Part shown: piece by piece, positions 40,439 to 50,136 of the stretch
Layout: every line of letters starts with the position of its first letter
How positions within the stretch are numbered: position 1 is the stretch's first letter
NCBI GenBank assembly: GCA_027923505.1
Contig: BROI01000003.1
Span: forward strand, 1,426,001-1,490,000
Length of the DNA: 64,000 nt
DNA from: Mayamaea pseudoterrestris
Lineage: Eukaryota
Reading direction: 5' to 3'
Notes under the pieces: model-generated
What the model was told of the DNA's origin: nothing
Seen by the model: only the letters and a program-made list of their open reading frames with translations
Databases searched by the model: none
Made by a program: the position numbers and the translations under genes

Positions 40439-41875
40439 TCAGTTTAGTAACTCATATTCATCGTCAGATGCATTGGCCTGATGCTTTTGACGCTGTCGTT
40501 TCCGTGCTCTGGCCTTGGCCTTTTGCTTCTTGTCCGACGCTTTGGAGGCTTTCATTCGCTCCACACTTTGACTGCCGTTTAAATACTCATCCAATTTCAG
40601 GCGTAGACGTTTGCGAGCAAGTTTGCGATTCTGCTGCAGCGAGCGCGTATCTTGGCATTCGACCCGCAGTTGTGTCGCCTTGTGAATCAGGAGAACACGG
40701 TTGGATGTCTTGTTGATCTTTTGTCCTCCGGGCCCTGAACCACGAATAAATGTCTCAATGATATCGTCTTCATTGAGCTCGGGAAGCACAGATGGAGTGC
40801 CTCGTGGTTTAGCCGTCGTGTCTGCTTTGGCAACGTCTGACATGCAGAGCGAAATCTCGGTGAGCAGCACTCGGCGCAAATCGTCATCTGGCAGTAATGC
40901 CACAAACTCTGAGAGCAAGTCGAGGGCGTCCACATCTCCAATAGCAGCACTGCTCGGCGCTGCTTGAATCAAGTTTAATGCAAACGCTGTGTATTTCTCC
41001 GATTCGGCCTTGGTGGAAACGGTGGGATCACCAGCCGCCGACGAGAGAGACAGCGTTCGCTCTTGCAGCTGTTGTAATCCTTGTTGGCCAAGTAGTTGTT
41101 GCAAAATTGCAGATACTTGCTGTTGCTTTCGTTTAGCGCTTTCTTCGGCTGCGACTTGGTCTTGCATCCAATCGTCGTATGATTTTATGACCAAAGCAAT
41201 TCCGCCATTTGCAAATACAAGGTCAATTCGTTGTCGCTTGTCCCAAACAATCCGCTCTCGATACTTAACAGCCATGATTCTATGCTCTGGAATGGCATCG
41301 ATGAGCAAGGTCGCCTTGCCAGAGACGGATTGATTGGGTGCAGAGAATGGAGATTCGACAATGATATCGTCGACTCGATCGAAATGAAGAAAGGAAAAAT
41401 CCGATGGATCCAACGACCACTTGATCCTCCGAATCACCTCCGTCACTGGAACTAGTTTGGGTTTTTCTGCTGGCTGCTGTGAGCCGACGCTCGACATGGT
41501 GGTTTTGAACAAGCGTTGATATGCCGCGTGGTTGACATTCTTGAGCTTTTCAAGTCGTTGCTCCACGCCGCGGAGTCCTCGTCCAACGCGCGCCGCCAGC
41601 TCTGGAAGAGGTAATGTTCGATGTCCCCATAGCTCTTCATCTTGTTCCAAAGACCATTCTCGGTACAAGTTTTCCATTGGTTGCATTGTCGGCGTAGCCA
41701 ATTCTTTGTCGTTGTCAAAGGTCGCCATCAGTCGCATGCTGGGTCGAACGACATATCGAAGCTGACACGATCGAGTGCTGCATCGCGACACTGGTCGAAA
41801 GCATCTCACAAATACACTCGATGCTCCATGCAACATGATCCAGATCATGCCTTGTCGCCAAGATGGACGCACCAT
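40439..41875 (-). CDS. Fusion: Myb/HTH-like segment + MJ1316-like domain + class-I release-factor GGQ domain (C12orf65/ArfB-like)
   Basis: PVTEVIRRIKW..DF..HFDR..IPEHRI..YRERIVWDKRQRID (about 41455-41210); ETFIRGSGPGGQKINKTSNRV..CQDTRSLQQNRKLARKRL (GGQ 40721-40729) followed by a basic tail. Confidence 0.82.
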   Translation of the reverse strand: MVRPSWRQGMIWIMLHGASSVFVRCFRPVSRCSTRSCQLRYVVRPSMRLMATFDNDKELATPTMQPMENLYREWSLEQDEELWGHRTLPLPELAARVGRGLRGVEQRLEKLKNVNHAAYQRLFKTTMSSVGSQQPAEKPKLVPVTEVIRRIKWSLDPSDFSFLHFDRVDDIIVESPFSAPNQSVSGKATLLIDAIPEHRIMAVKYRERIVWDKRQRIDLVFANGGIALVIKSYDDWMQDQVAAEESAKRKQQQVSAILQQLLGQQGLQQLQERTLSLSSAAGDPTVSTKAESEKYTAFALNLIQAAPSSAAIGDVDALDLLSEFVALLPDDDLRRVLLTEISLCMSDVAKADTTAKPRGTPSVLPELNEDDIIETFIRGSGPGGQKINKTSNRVLLIHKATQLRVECQDTRSLQQNRKLARKRLRLKLDEYLNGSQSVERMKASKASDKKQKAKARARKRQRQKHQANASDDEYELLN

Positions 41876-42250
41876 CGCGGTCGACTAATGGCAGTGATGA
41901 ATGAGCGTGACGTGAAAATGCTGCACAAAATGTTGTCGCACCGGTCAAATTACTGTCGGAGCGGTGTCAAAGAGCTCTCATTGTGTGATTGGCATTGCAC
42001 TAGGCAAATGAGGGCATTGGAATGACCTTGGTGCTGAAAGACTATCAAATTGATTAGGTAGATAAGTTGACTGGCTGGTGTCTCCATGGACTGCAACGTG
42101 ATTGGTGACAAGTTGTCACCAGTCTCAGCCAGCAGCTGCTGCCTCTTAAATGCCCATGCCTCGAGCCATGTGTATTTGGCAAGAGTGGTACTATAGCTGC
42201 CTGCAAGATAGTCTCATAGGCAAAATATTACTACAAATAGCTCTATTGAA

Positions 42251-42871
42251 CTACAATGAATTAAAGTCCATGATTTCATGTAGCCCAGGCATTTGCCGTA
42301 GCTGACTTGGTGCGTTTCCTTCGTCGCTTCCATCTGCGCAATCTTCTATTCCGTCACCCACCCGCGAGGCAAATACATGGCCAGATCCGTCGGCGCATGG
42401 AAATGTCTTTTGTTGTACTAATAGGTGGCTGCATGCCGACGTCATAGGTTCATCACTGCCATCCGAGCAATCGCAATAGTTGTCATTCAAATGTCCTTTG
42501 GCGCCATTTGGACAAGTCACCATCTTCTTCGACAATAATAGCTGCTTCTCTTTGGCAATTTTGGCAATTTGCTTCAACGGCTGTATGACTTTTTGCTTGT
42601 GCTTGTTGGCAAAGTCTGTCACCTTTCGTCGATGATGTGACAAGCGGGTCTTGTGCCTCTCCAAGTGTTCCGCAGGTACGAATTGAACAATTGACAAGCC
42701 AGTCATACCAAGAATAACCATACAAAACATGCAATTTTTAAGTGTTTGCTTTAAATTGTATCGTCGTCGATGCTTGCGATGGCCTTGTTTTTGCAATTGA
42801 CTCAAATCCGAGGAGTGATGCGGAAGGATGGGATCGCTGGCTCCCTTGCGTTTTCGAACGGAGCTGATCAT
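42251..42871 (-). CDS. Type-II membrane protein with glucosidase II beta (PRKCSH)-like LDLa domain only
   Basis: TM then [21 protein letters not shown] and [18 protein letters not shown]. Confidence 0.78.
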   Translation of the reverse strand: MISSVRKRKGASDPILPHHSSDLSQLQKQGHRKHRRRYNLKQTLKNCMFCMVILGMTGLSIVQFVPAEHLERHKTRLSHHRRKVTDFANKHKQKVIQPLKQIAKIAKEKQLLLSKKMVTCPNGAKGHLNDNYCDCSDGSDEPMTSACSHLLVQQKTFPCADGSGHVFASRVGDGIEDCADGSDEGNAPSQLRQMPGLHEIMDFNSL

Positions 42872-43495
42872 GGCTATCAATTGATACAATCGTAGGCTAT
42901 GTATCGTTGGTGAGGAAAAGGCAGCACGCGAAGAATGTTTGGTGGCTTGAAAGCGACGACGATCGATGGAAGGCGGACGCCAAGAAAAAAAAATGTGCGA
43001 GTTGTCAAGAATGTAAAGCGAAGATGAAAAGACATCGACAAGAAACGAGCGTTTGATCGATCTTTCATTCTTATTCGCATGCATCTGGACCGTGAATCTT
43101 GGTTGACAATCAATGGACAAGCAGCTGCTTTCGAATGGTAACCAATAATAGCATAATGGAGAATCAGAGGATCAATGGTTTGAGTGTCTTCAGAAATGAT
43201 TTAACTTTTGAATTATTAATACCGGCTTTCCGTCTCATGTGCATGAAGATGAGGCGCACAATAGTTAGGCTTAACACATCTGGTAGTTCCAAATAATCGC
43301 TGTACCAGCGTAATGAGTAGCGGGTACAACTACTCCTATGTAAATGAATTTCATTATAAGGTTTCCTTATGTAGATAGCTACCATAAATCACGACCAAGG
43401 CACTCGCATTTGGTCCAAATACTATCTTCCAGCAATTTGCACCATGACGAGCACTACCAATACTCTCAAGGGCCCATTAACTGCAATCAAGTGTG

Positions 43496-43530
43496 ATCAA
43501 GCAAAAGCTCAAAAGAGCTGATGCCGTCAT
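43496..43530 (-). promoter_or_regulatory. Candidate non-canonical SECIS element in the GPX 3' UTR
   Basis: AUGAC-GGCA-UC-AGCUC-UUUU-GAGCU-UU-UGCU-UGAU gives a UGA/GA core and an 11-position helix II but no apical AA. Confidence 0.35.
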
Positions 43531-43582
43531 TCCATGAACCAAACGGTCGCGCCATTTTGTGGTTATTTGACGCGGCAAGCTT

Positions 43583-44267
43583 CTACGCCGAAGATGTATC
43601 GTCCCTCTTCTTCTGCATCAACTCCTCAATGTTCTTGCGCATGTCGAACGGAGGAGTCAACGTTCCAAATCGGCTATGAGGATTACCCTTGTGATCGATC
43701 AAGAATTTGGCTGCAAAGACGGTAATTGGTGTAAGGGAATGAACGATGGAATCTTTCGTCGCACATGTGCGCTGCGTGCTCATGCCACTTACTGAAATTC
43801 CAGCGAACATCCGCCGTTCCGTCCTCGGCCAGCAAGGCTTGCTTCAGAAAGCTGAAGACTTCTCTCGCGTCCGCTCCGTTCACGTCCCTCTTTTCGAAAA
43901 AGGTCAACCTGTCAAGCATCTTTTCGTCATATTTTTTGACAAACTCCATAATCGTTTTGGGCGAACCAGGCTCTTGTCCTCCAAACTGATTGCATGGAAA
44001 TGCAAGTACCTTGAGTCCAGGATAGTCATCGACAAGTTTTGGTAGTTGTTGGTAGTTCTCCTTGGTCTTGCCTCATTTGCTGGCAACATTGACAACGACG
44101 ACAACGTTTCCCTCAAAGTCTGACATTTTGACCTCCTCATTGGTGCCGAGGGCGCGGTCGACGCAGGCGTAAAAGCTCGTCTTGTCAGTGGCCTTCTCAG
44201 CTCCATATAAGACGCGAGTTGTTGTGTCCTGGACGGCACCAAAGGCGCGGGTGAGAAGGTTGGTCAT
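43583..44267 (-). CDS. GPX: Selenocysteine glutathione peroxidase (UGA=Sec at 44075-44073); intron 43711-43792
   Basis: VVNVASK-TGA-GKTKENY reads on in frame into LAFPCNQFGGQEPG; splice gives VRWNFTKFLID. Confidence 0.92.
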
Positions 44268-44577
44268 GGTGCAAAACGTCTGGTTTGTGAATCTGAGTCG
44301 TCACCTTTCGACGGAAGTCAAGAAACGCCGAAGGAAGCCCAAGGAACAATCAAAGTTCGCGGGACTGAAAAGTGACAGGATCGCATTTCGCTGGTCATGA
44401 AAAGCTCGGCACGCTCCCTCCGCGTCGCCTCATCGCCACATTATCGCTCGTCGCACCTCGGCACCTTGGCCTGTTTGCGCTTTGTCAAAACACACCATCG
44501 TTGCAAGCATACGCTTTCAGATTTATATCCAAAAGTTTCTCTTTTAGTCAATAGACACATAGTGAGCAGCAATCGCC

Positions 44578-45645
44578 ATGGGCTGGTTTCAAAAGGTTGC
44601 CGGTGGTAGCCGGACTCCATCGCACACCTCGCACCAATTAAACACCAACGCTGGCGCCTACTATCCACCGGCTGCAGCAGCCGCGCACCCCAAAGCATCA
44701 ATCATGATGCAGGAGGAAGCTGAGCCACCAAGATACATTGATCCAACCGACCTTGAACCGCAGGGCAGCATGGCTAACAACAGCCTACGCGCCTATCCAA
44801 CCATGCGCGAAATTGATTTGGAAGTCCCAAAGAGTTTTTCGACACGCGAAGACTACTCTGAGGAGCCTCCAACGCCATCATCGCGTCGTGAAAGCAGCTC
44901 AAGCAAAGCTAATCATTTGAACAGTCTTTTCAATGGACATCTCATGAAGTGGAAGCTAGAAGCAGAGGAGGGAAATTCCTTTATTCGGGTGCCAGCCTTT
45001 TTCGGCGCACTTGGATTGATGGTGACTGCCATTGTGGCCTTGGTCCTATATCCTGACGCCTGGGAGCCGCACTCGATTGTCACGTCGGTGGGTGTCATTA
45101 TCATGAGCCTTCTCATTTTGATATTGGATGGCCGATTCTTGGCGCAGAATCCACTGTCGGCACGAGCACACTTGAGAAACGTCACGACGCGCAACTTTAA
45201 CATTCTGCGGTTTGTCTGGGGCCGTGGCTTGCTCTACATTGTCTCTGGCATTCTGAACTGCGCTCAGCTTTGGCTCATGACCATTATATCGGGCGCCTTT
45301 ATGATAATGCTTGGAATCGTCGCCCTGTGCGTCGGAATCCACGCCTCGCGCAAATTTGCCTCGCTGCGCAACTCGCTGGCTGATGAGTCCTATTTGCTAC
45401 TGGTATTCAGTCGCTTTGACGGAGACGGTGATGGATATATTGCGCCTAATGAGTTTGCAATCTTGTTGGCGGAGCTTGGCATGGAGCTGGATGATAGGTA
45501 CACCCTCAAAGCGTTCAATGTGATTGACCAGGACAATGATCGCAAGATATCCTTTGACGAGTTCAACTACTGGTGGGCATCGGGTTATATTGAGCGAGGA
45601 CGAAGAAGACGCGATAGTGAGGATGATTACCGACAAATGGATTAG
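44578..45645 (+). CDS. COPI-associated/TVP15-like membrane protein with two C-terminal EF hands
   Basis: Four TMs with LRFVWGRGLLYIVSG; DGDGDGYIAPNE and DQDNDRKISFDE. Confidence 0.8.
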   Translation: MGWFQKVAGGSRTPSHTSHQLNTNAGAYYPPAAAAAHPKASIMMQEEAEPPRYIDPTDLEPQGSMANNSLRAYPTMREIDLEVPKSFSTREDYSEEPPTPSSRRESSSSKANHLNSLFNGHLMKWKLEAEEGNSFIRVPAFFGALGLMVTAIVALVLYPDAWEPHSIVTSVGVIIMSLLILILDGRFLAQNPLSARAHLRNVTTRNFNILRFVWGRGLLYIVSGILNCAQLWLMTIISGAFMIMLGIVALCVGIHASRKFASLRNSLADESYLLLVFSRFDGDGDGYIAPNEFAILLAELGMELDDRYTLKAFNVIDQDNDRKISFDEFNYWWASGYIERGRRRRDSEDDYRQMD

Positions 45646-45677
45646 AAGTGATCAGAGTTATATATAAAGGACAAGCA

Positions 45678-45701
45678 CTGCTGCTGCTGCTGCTGCTGCT
45701 G
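45678..45701 (+). repeat. (CTG)8 microsatellite between convergent 3' ends
   Basis: Direct reading. Confidence 0.9.
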
Positions 45702-45843
45702 TGCTAAATTTCATTAGTAGAACTCATTAATCTATATAAACCTTGCGACTACTTGTAAAGCATTCAAAGCTATTCATGTTGTAACGTAATGTTCCCGTTG
45801 CAGCAGCAAAAGGCCGTGTCAGCCGCTACACAGAACGTTGGTA

Positions 45844-46768
45844 CTATTCCTGCGTTTGCTTGGCCAGTCGCTTCTTGAGCATGTCAGAGTTCATCATCAT
45901 ACCCATTAAAGGATTGACGCCGCCAGGTGGCTTGAACTTGGTAGGTTCCTTCTGCATGTCCACGATAACGGTTTGCGTCTTGGGTATACAAACCGTTTCA
46001 AAGTTGGATCGCAGCTCCATTTCAATCTCCTCGATAATGGTCCCCAGATTCTCAATGTGATTCGACTGCAGATAGGCCTTTTGTACCTTCATTTCCTTAG
46101 TAACTGGCTCCTTGGACAACGCGCCGCTAAAAGTCAACTGCGTTGCTTCGTCCGTCTTTGGCTTGACAATCATGACAACGGACGATTCGACGCGATAGCT
46201 ACACAAGTCGTCGTCCGGACTCCCGACTTGAAACTGGTGAATGCCGCTCCATATACCAGCGTCCGTATCCTTGTGGATACAAAAGACGCCTGAAAAACTT
46301 CCGCCATTATCATCGCCTTCCTTTGGTTCAACCAAGTACACGCTCCCGATGGATTCACTGCCGTAATATAAATTTTTGTACGAGTCCCAGACTTCATTCA
46401 TCATGCGCTCCAATCCCCGCAGACTCGACTCATTCGCTTCCTGTCCATACGGCCAGCACTTGTTGGTCCAGGGCGATCGATGCTTGTCAAGGACGCGATT
46501 CGCTTGGCAACATAGAAACGGACGCTCGCCAGGCTCCGCCACGTCCATGACGACAAAGGGAAGCTGGTACTGATTGCGCATGGCTGCGGCAGCTTCATCA
46601 TTCAAAAAGAAACTTTCAAAGTGTTCCATGTTCTATAAGTATGAAAATGATGGGTGTAAGAAGTCGTTTCGAGTTTCAAGCTATGTCTTTAACCTTCAAA
46701 TGTTGCAAACTCACCGAAGCAAAATCTGCAGGAGGCAAATCACGTAGCAGCAGCTGTGCGGCGTCCAT
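45844..46768 (-). CDS. CAPZB: F-actin capping protein beta subunit; intron 46633-46714
   Basis: Exon 1 MDAAQLLLRDLPP; FLCCQANR..HRSPWTN; LERMMNEVWDSYKNLYY..GSVYL; HIENLGTIIEEIE. Confidence 0.85.
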
Positions 46769-46904
46769 AGTTAACGTTTATCGAGTGATTAAGCTGCTAT
46801 ATTTCTTACTGGCCTGCTTCCAACGTTTGCGGCATCAGCGAAATGAAGGAGTGGATCCCATTGTCCAAAGTCAAAAGTCACGCTCCATCTTGTGTCGCGC
46901 AAGT

Positions 46905-47122
46905 TCGTTCTATTGCCACTATGACGTAATTGACACTGGCACTCGTTTCGTACTATTGCCTTTATGACGTAATTGACACTGGCACTCGTTTCGCACTATT
47001 GCCTTGTGACGTAATTGACACGGGCACTCGTTTCATAATATTGCCTTGTGACGTAATTGACACTGGCACTTGTTTCGTACTACTGCCACACGACGTAATT
47101 GACATTGGCACTCGTTTCGTAC
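46905..47122. repeat. Five 42-43-bp tandem repeats in the CAPZB/GAR1 divergent promoter
   Basis: (T/C)GACGTAATTGACA..GGCACTYGTTTC at 46922, 46965, 47007, 47049, 47091. Confidence 0.95.
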
Positions 47123-47245
47123 AACTAAATTTAGTCAGTGCGACATGATGCTGTGACCGTCCATTTTCGCATCTTTCAAGCAGCATCTCGCTCATCGACT
47201 TTCTTATCATTCTAAACACCCTTGCTAACCGATACAACAATAAAC

Positions 47246-47869
47246 ATGTCAGGTCGTGGCTCATTTGGAGGAGGACGAGGCGGTGGTCGTAGTCCTGGTG
47301 GATTCGGTGGTCGTGGAAGAGGCGGCGGTGGCGGAGGTCGCTTTGCTCGGGCGCCGGAAGGACCTCCAGCTGAGATTGTAGAATGCGCCAAGGTTCACCA
47401 TGACTGCGAATCGGAGCTTGTTTGTCGGTGGACACTCGATGGCAAAGTCCCATATTTCAATGCTGGTGTCTTTTTAGAAAATAAGAGGCAGATTGGCAAG
47501 ATTGATGAGATTCTCGGTCAGATTGCTGAAATGTTCTTTACAATCAAGATGGATACTGGCGTCAACGCAAAGAGTTTCCAAACAAACGATTTACTGTATA
47601 TTGGAACTGACAAGTTATTGCCGTTGGAAAGATTCACAAATCCAGGAAAGCCTGCTGGAAGAAGTGGCGGCCGTGGTGGCGGGCGTGGAGGACCAGGTGG
47701 GAGATTCAGCGGTGGCCGAGGAGGTAGAAGTCCTGGCGGAAGAGGCGGCTTTGGAGGCAGAGGCTCTCCTGGAGGTCGCTTTGGCGGAGGCGGACGAGGT
47801 GGTGGTGGACGATCCGGTGGATTCGCTGGACGTGGAAGAAGTTTTGGTGGAGGCAGAGGACGGCAGTAG
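47246..47869 (+). CDS. GAR1: H/ACA snoRNP subunit Gar1
   Basis: RGG termini; GPPAEIV, KVPYFNAGVFLENK, IGKIDEILG, KLLPLERF. Confidence 0.95.
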   Translation: MSGRGSFGGGRGGGRSPGGFGGRGRGGGGGGRFARAPEGPPAEIVECAKVHHDCESELVCRWTLDGKVPYFNAGVFLENKRQIGKIDEILGQIAEMFFTIKMDTGVNAKSFQTNDLLYIGTDKLLPLERFTNPGKPAGRSGGRGGGRGGPGGRFSGGRGGRSPGGRGGFGGRGSPGGRFGGGGRGGGGRSGGFAGRGRSFGGGRGRQ

Positions 47870-47968
47870 CTACGTACGGTATTGCCTACGAGTCGTATCT
47901 TGTACCTTGATTAACGTTGCCATAAGCCATAGCTTGTTTATTTTTACCCAGCAGACAGATATTACACA

Positions 47969-49195
47969 CTATATATTTTCTTCTACAGCACTTTTAAGCG
48001 CTTGCTCAATGGTTGGATGACGAAATTGAAAACCTGATTGCAGCAGCTTGGTTGGCTTGGCGCGGACGCCGCCCAATAGCATTTCCTCTCCCATTTCCCC
48101 AAACAAAGCCGAGACGGCGAAACCAGGAAGTGGCAATAGAGTCGGTCGACTTATAACCTTGCCGAGTGACTTAGTAAACTCGGCGTTGGTGCAAGGCTCT
48201 GGTGCGCAAAGGTTGACTGGTCCTTTCAAGCTGGGAGTGTCGAGGCAATGCACGATGGCTCGTGCAATGTCTCGCGCCGAAATAAAACTCAAGTATTGAC
48301 GTCCGGACCCTACGTTGCCGCCGCCTCCAAGGAAGAAGATTGGATATAGCTTTCCGAGTGCACCTCCGTTTTTGGACATGACAACGCCAAAGCGCATATT
48401 CACGACGCGGTTTTTCTTGCTGGCTGGTTGCGTCACTTGCTCCCATAATCTCGCCATTTCCGCAAGAAACCCCGGAGTTTGCGAAACATCCATGGTTTCA
48501 TCCGCAGCCTCCTTTTCTCCTTCGTTGTAATCGTATCCATAAACACCAATGCCCGATGCAACCAGCATTGTTGTTGGCGAAGACTTTGCATTGATGGCCG
48601 ACACGAGTGCCTCGGTTGTTTTCAAGCGGCTGTCCAATATCTCTTGCTTCTTTTCGGGTGTCCACGGACGAATGCCAAGAAAGCCAAGTGGTCCCAAGCC
48701 AGTGGCAACGTTCTCGCCTGACAAGTGAACAATTGCGTCCATCTGCGCGAGTGCAGAAGGGTCAATCACTTCATTTGGTGATTCAGCCATTGGATTCCAA
48801 GCAAGAGAAAACGTAGAAGTCGATTCGTCTCCTATATCTTTTGACTCGGCGGAAGGTCCTCGCTTCAGTTGAACGATGCGCACTGGCTTGCCGGCAATCT
48901 TGGGGGCGCTACGTGCGAGCTCATCTTGCAGGGCCGTTCCGACGAGGCCACTAGCGCCAGTAAGACCAATGGTGTAAAATTTAGAGTCATTCCCACCCAA
49001 TGGAGCAGCCATGCTGGAGAATAGGTTCTTTTGCAAGTCTTGCAGAAAGGAAGCTTTAACGACGAGCCGGCTTCCTGTAGATCTTGTATTCTTTGAAGCT
49101 GGCGCAAAGGCAGAACAGAAGGTGGCGCGGCTAGTTGAACGTGAAAACGTCAAGACAAGCATCATCAATGAAGCAGACAGCGAGTATCTGAGCAT
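47969..49195 (-). CDS. TIGR01777/YfcH-like epimerase (SDR39U1/GC1-like), plastid-targeted
   Basis: CSA-FAP motif; TGASGLVG, VHLSGENV, GFLAEMARLWE, GSGRQYLSFI, ALFGEMGEEMLL. Confidence 0.88.
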   Translation of the reverse strand: MLRYSLSASLMMLVLTFSRSTSRATFCSAFAPASKNTRSTGSRLVVKASFLQDLQKNLFSSMAAPLGGNDSKFYTIGLTGASGLVGTALQDELARSAPKIAGKPVRIVQLKRGPSAESKDIGDESTSTFSLAWNPMAESPNEVIDPSALAQMDAIVHLSGENVATGLGPLGFLGIRPWTPEKKQEILDSRLKTTEALVSAINAKSSPTTMLVASGIGVYGYDYNEGEKEAADETMDVSQTPGFLAEMARLWEQVTQPASKKNRVVNMRFGVVMSKNGGALGKLYPIFFLGGGGNVGSGRQYLSFISARDIARAIVHCLDTPSLKGPVNLCAPEPCTNAEFTKSLGKVISRPTLLPLPGFAVSALFGEMGEEMLLGGVRAKPTKLLQSGFQFRHPTIEQALKSAVEENI

Positions 49196-49395
49196 CGTTA
49201 ATGTCCTTATCTCGCTTGAGACGTACCAGTAGGTGGAAGGATATGCTGTGGCGTTGCGAAGGAAGCAAGCGAGTTGATGGATGAGCAGGCGAAAAGCGAG
49301 TCAGCGGCGCGGCAAATGACGTGAGTAACGCTCAGATGAAAGGAAGTTTCACGAGCGAACCACTATCGCTTAAAGTGTAGTGTTGTTGGCAGGTC

Positions 49396-49626
49396 AACTG
49401 TTCGAGCCACAGTCATCGTCCGTTGAAAATCAAAGTTTTTGGCAGTGCAGTTTGAGCCACAGTCATCGTCCGTTGAAAATCAAAGTTTTTGGCACTACTG
49501 TTCGAGCAACAGTCAACATCCGTTGAAAACCAAAGTTTTGGCACGACCACAGTCATCGTCCGTTGAAAATCAAAGTTTTTGGCAGTACTGTAAGAGCCAC
49601 AGTCAATGTACGTTGAAAATTTTTTT
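49396..49626. repeat. Five tandem repeats with 50-bp period (one 40-bp interval)
   Basis: CGTTGAAAA at 49421, 49471, 49521, 49561, 49611; unit GAGCCACAGTCATCGTCCGTTGAAAATCAAAGTTTTTGGCAGT. Confidence 0.95.
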
Positions 49627-49628
49627 GG

Positions 49629-49692
49629 GAGGGACCGGAACGGTCCCCCGGGGGACCGCAGGTCCCTCGAAGCGCGCGAGCGGGCGCCCGCT
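49629..49692. other. GC-rich twin hairpins plus a 14-bp palindrome
   Basis: GGGACCG-GAA-CGGTCCC and GGGACC-GCA-GGTCCC around the central palindrome CGGTCCCCCGGGGGACCG; AGCGGGCGCCCGCT. Confidence 0.85.
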
Positions 49693-50136
49693 GACTCGGG
49701 AGATGGAGCGACGTGCGTGCATGAACAGCCATCCACACAAAATCGTGCCAATGTGCCGAAATCAACCAGCGACAGCGACGAGCAGCAACAGCATCGAACG
49801 TTCGACAACAAACTCAACAAGCAAAAAGAGAACTGAAAAAGGTGACAACAACCAACGCACCTCCATGGCAACACATACTAGAGTGACGCACCTCTAGCGC
49901 AGCAATCAACATGAATGGCGCGCCTAAGCATCGACGCCCAGCAGTCCAGTAGTAGTCGAACGGCGAACGGTGACCATGCAGTCGAACCATGGAGAAGCAA
50001 CAGACAAAGGCACTTTCATTTGACAGTATTATAATTTATAGTATCACTCGGCCCCGAACACACATCGAGCATCCCAACGCGCACAACGCCACGACAAAAA
50101 CAAAAAGCGCACCAGCACGCTAAGTGTCACACCGCC

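Noticed and set aside
44073..44075. GPx pseudogene by nonsense mutation
   Set aside because: The stop is TGA exactly at the catalytic residue, and the rest of the gene and its splice sites are intact
46905..47122. CRISPR-like array
   Set aside because: Units repeat over their whole length with no unique spacers; eukaryotic context; no cas genes
49396..49626. CRISPR-like array, and ORFs 49413-49897
   Set aside because: Tandem repeats without unique spacers; the ORFs just translate the repeat
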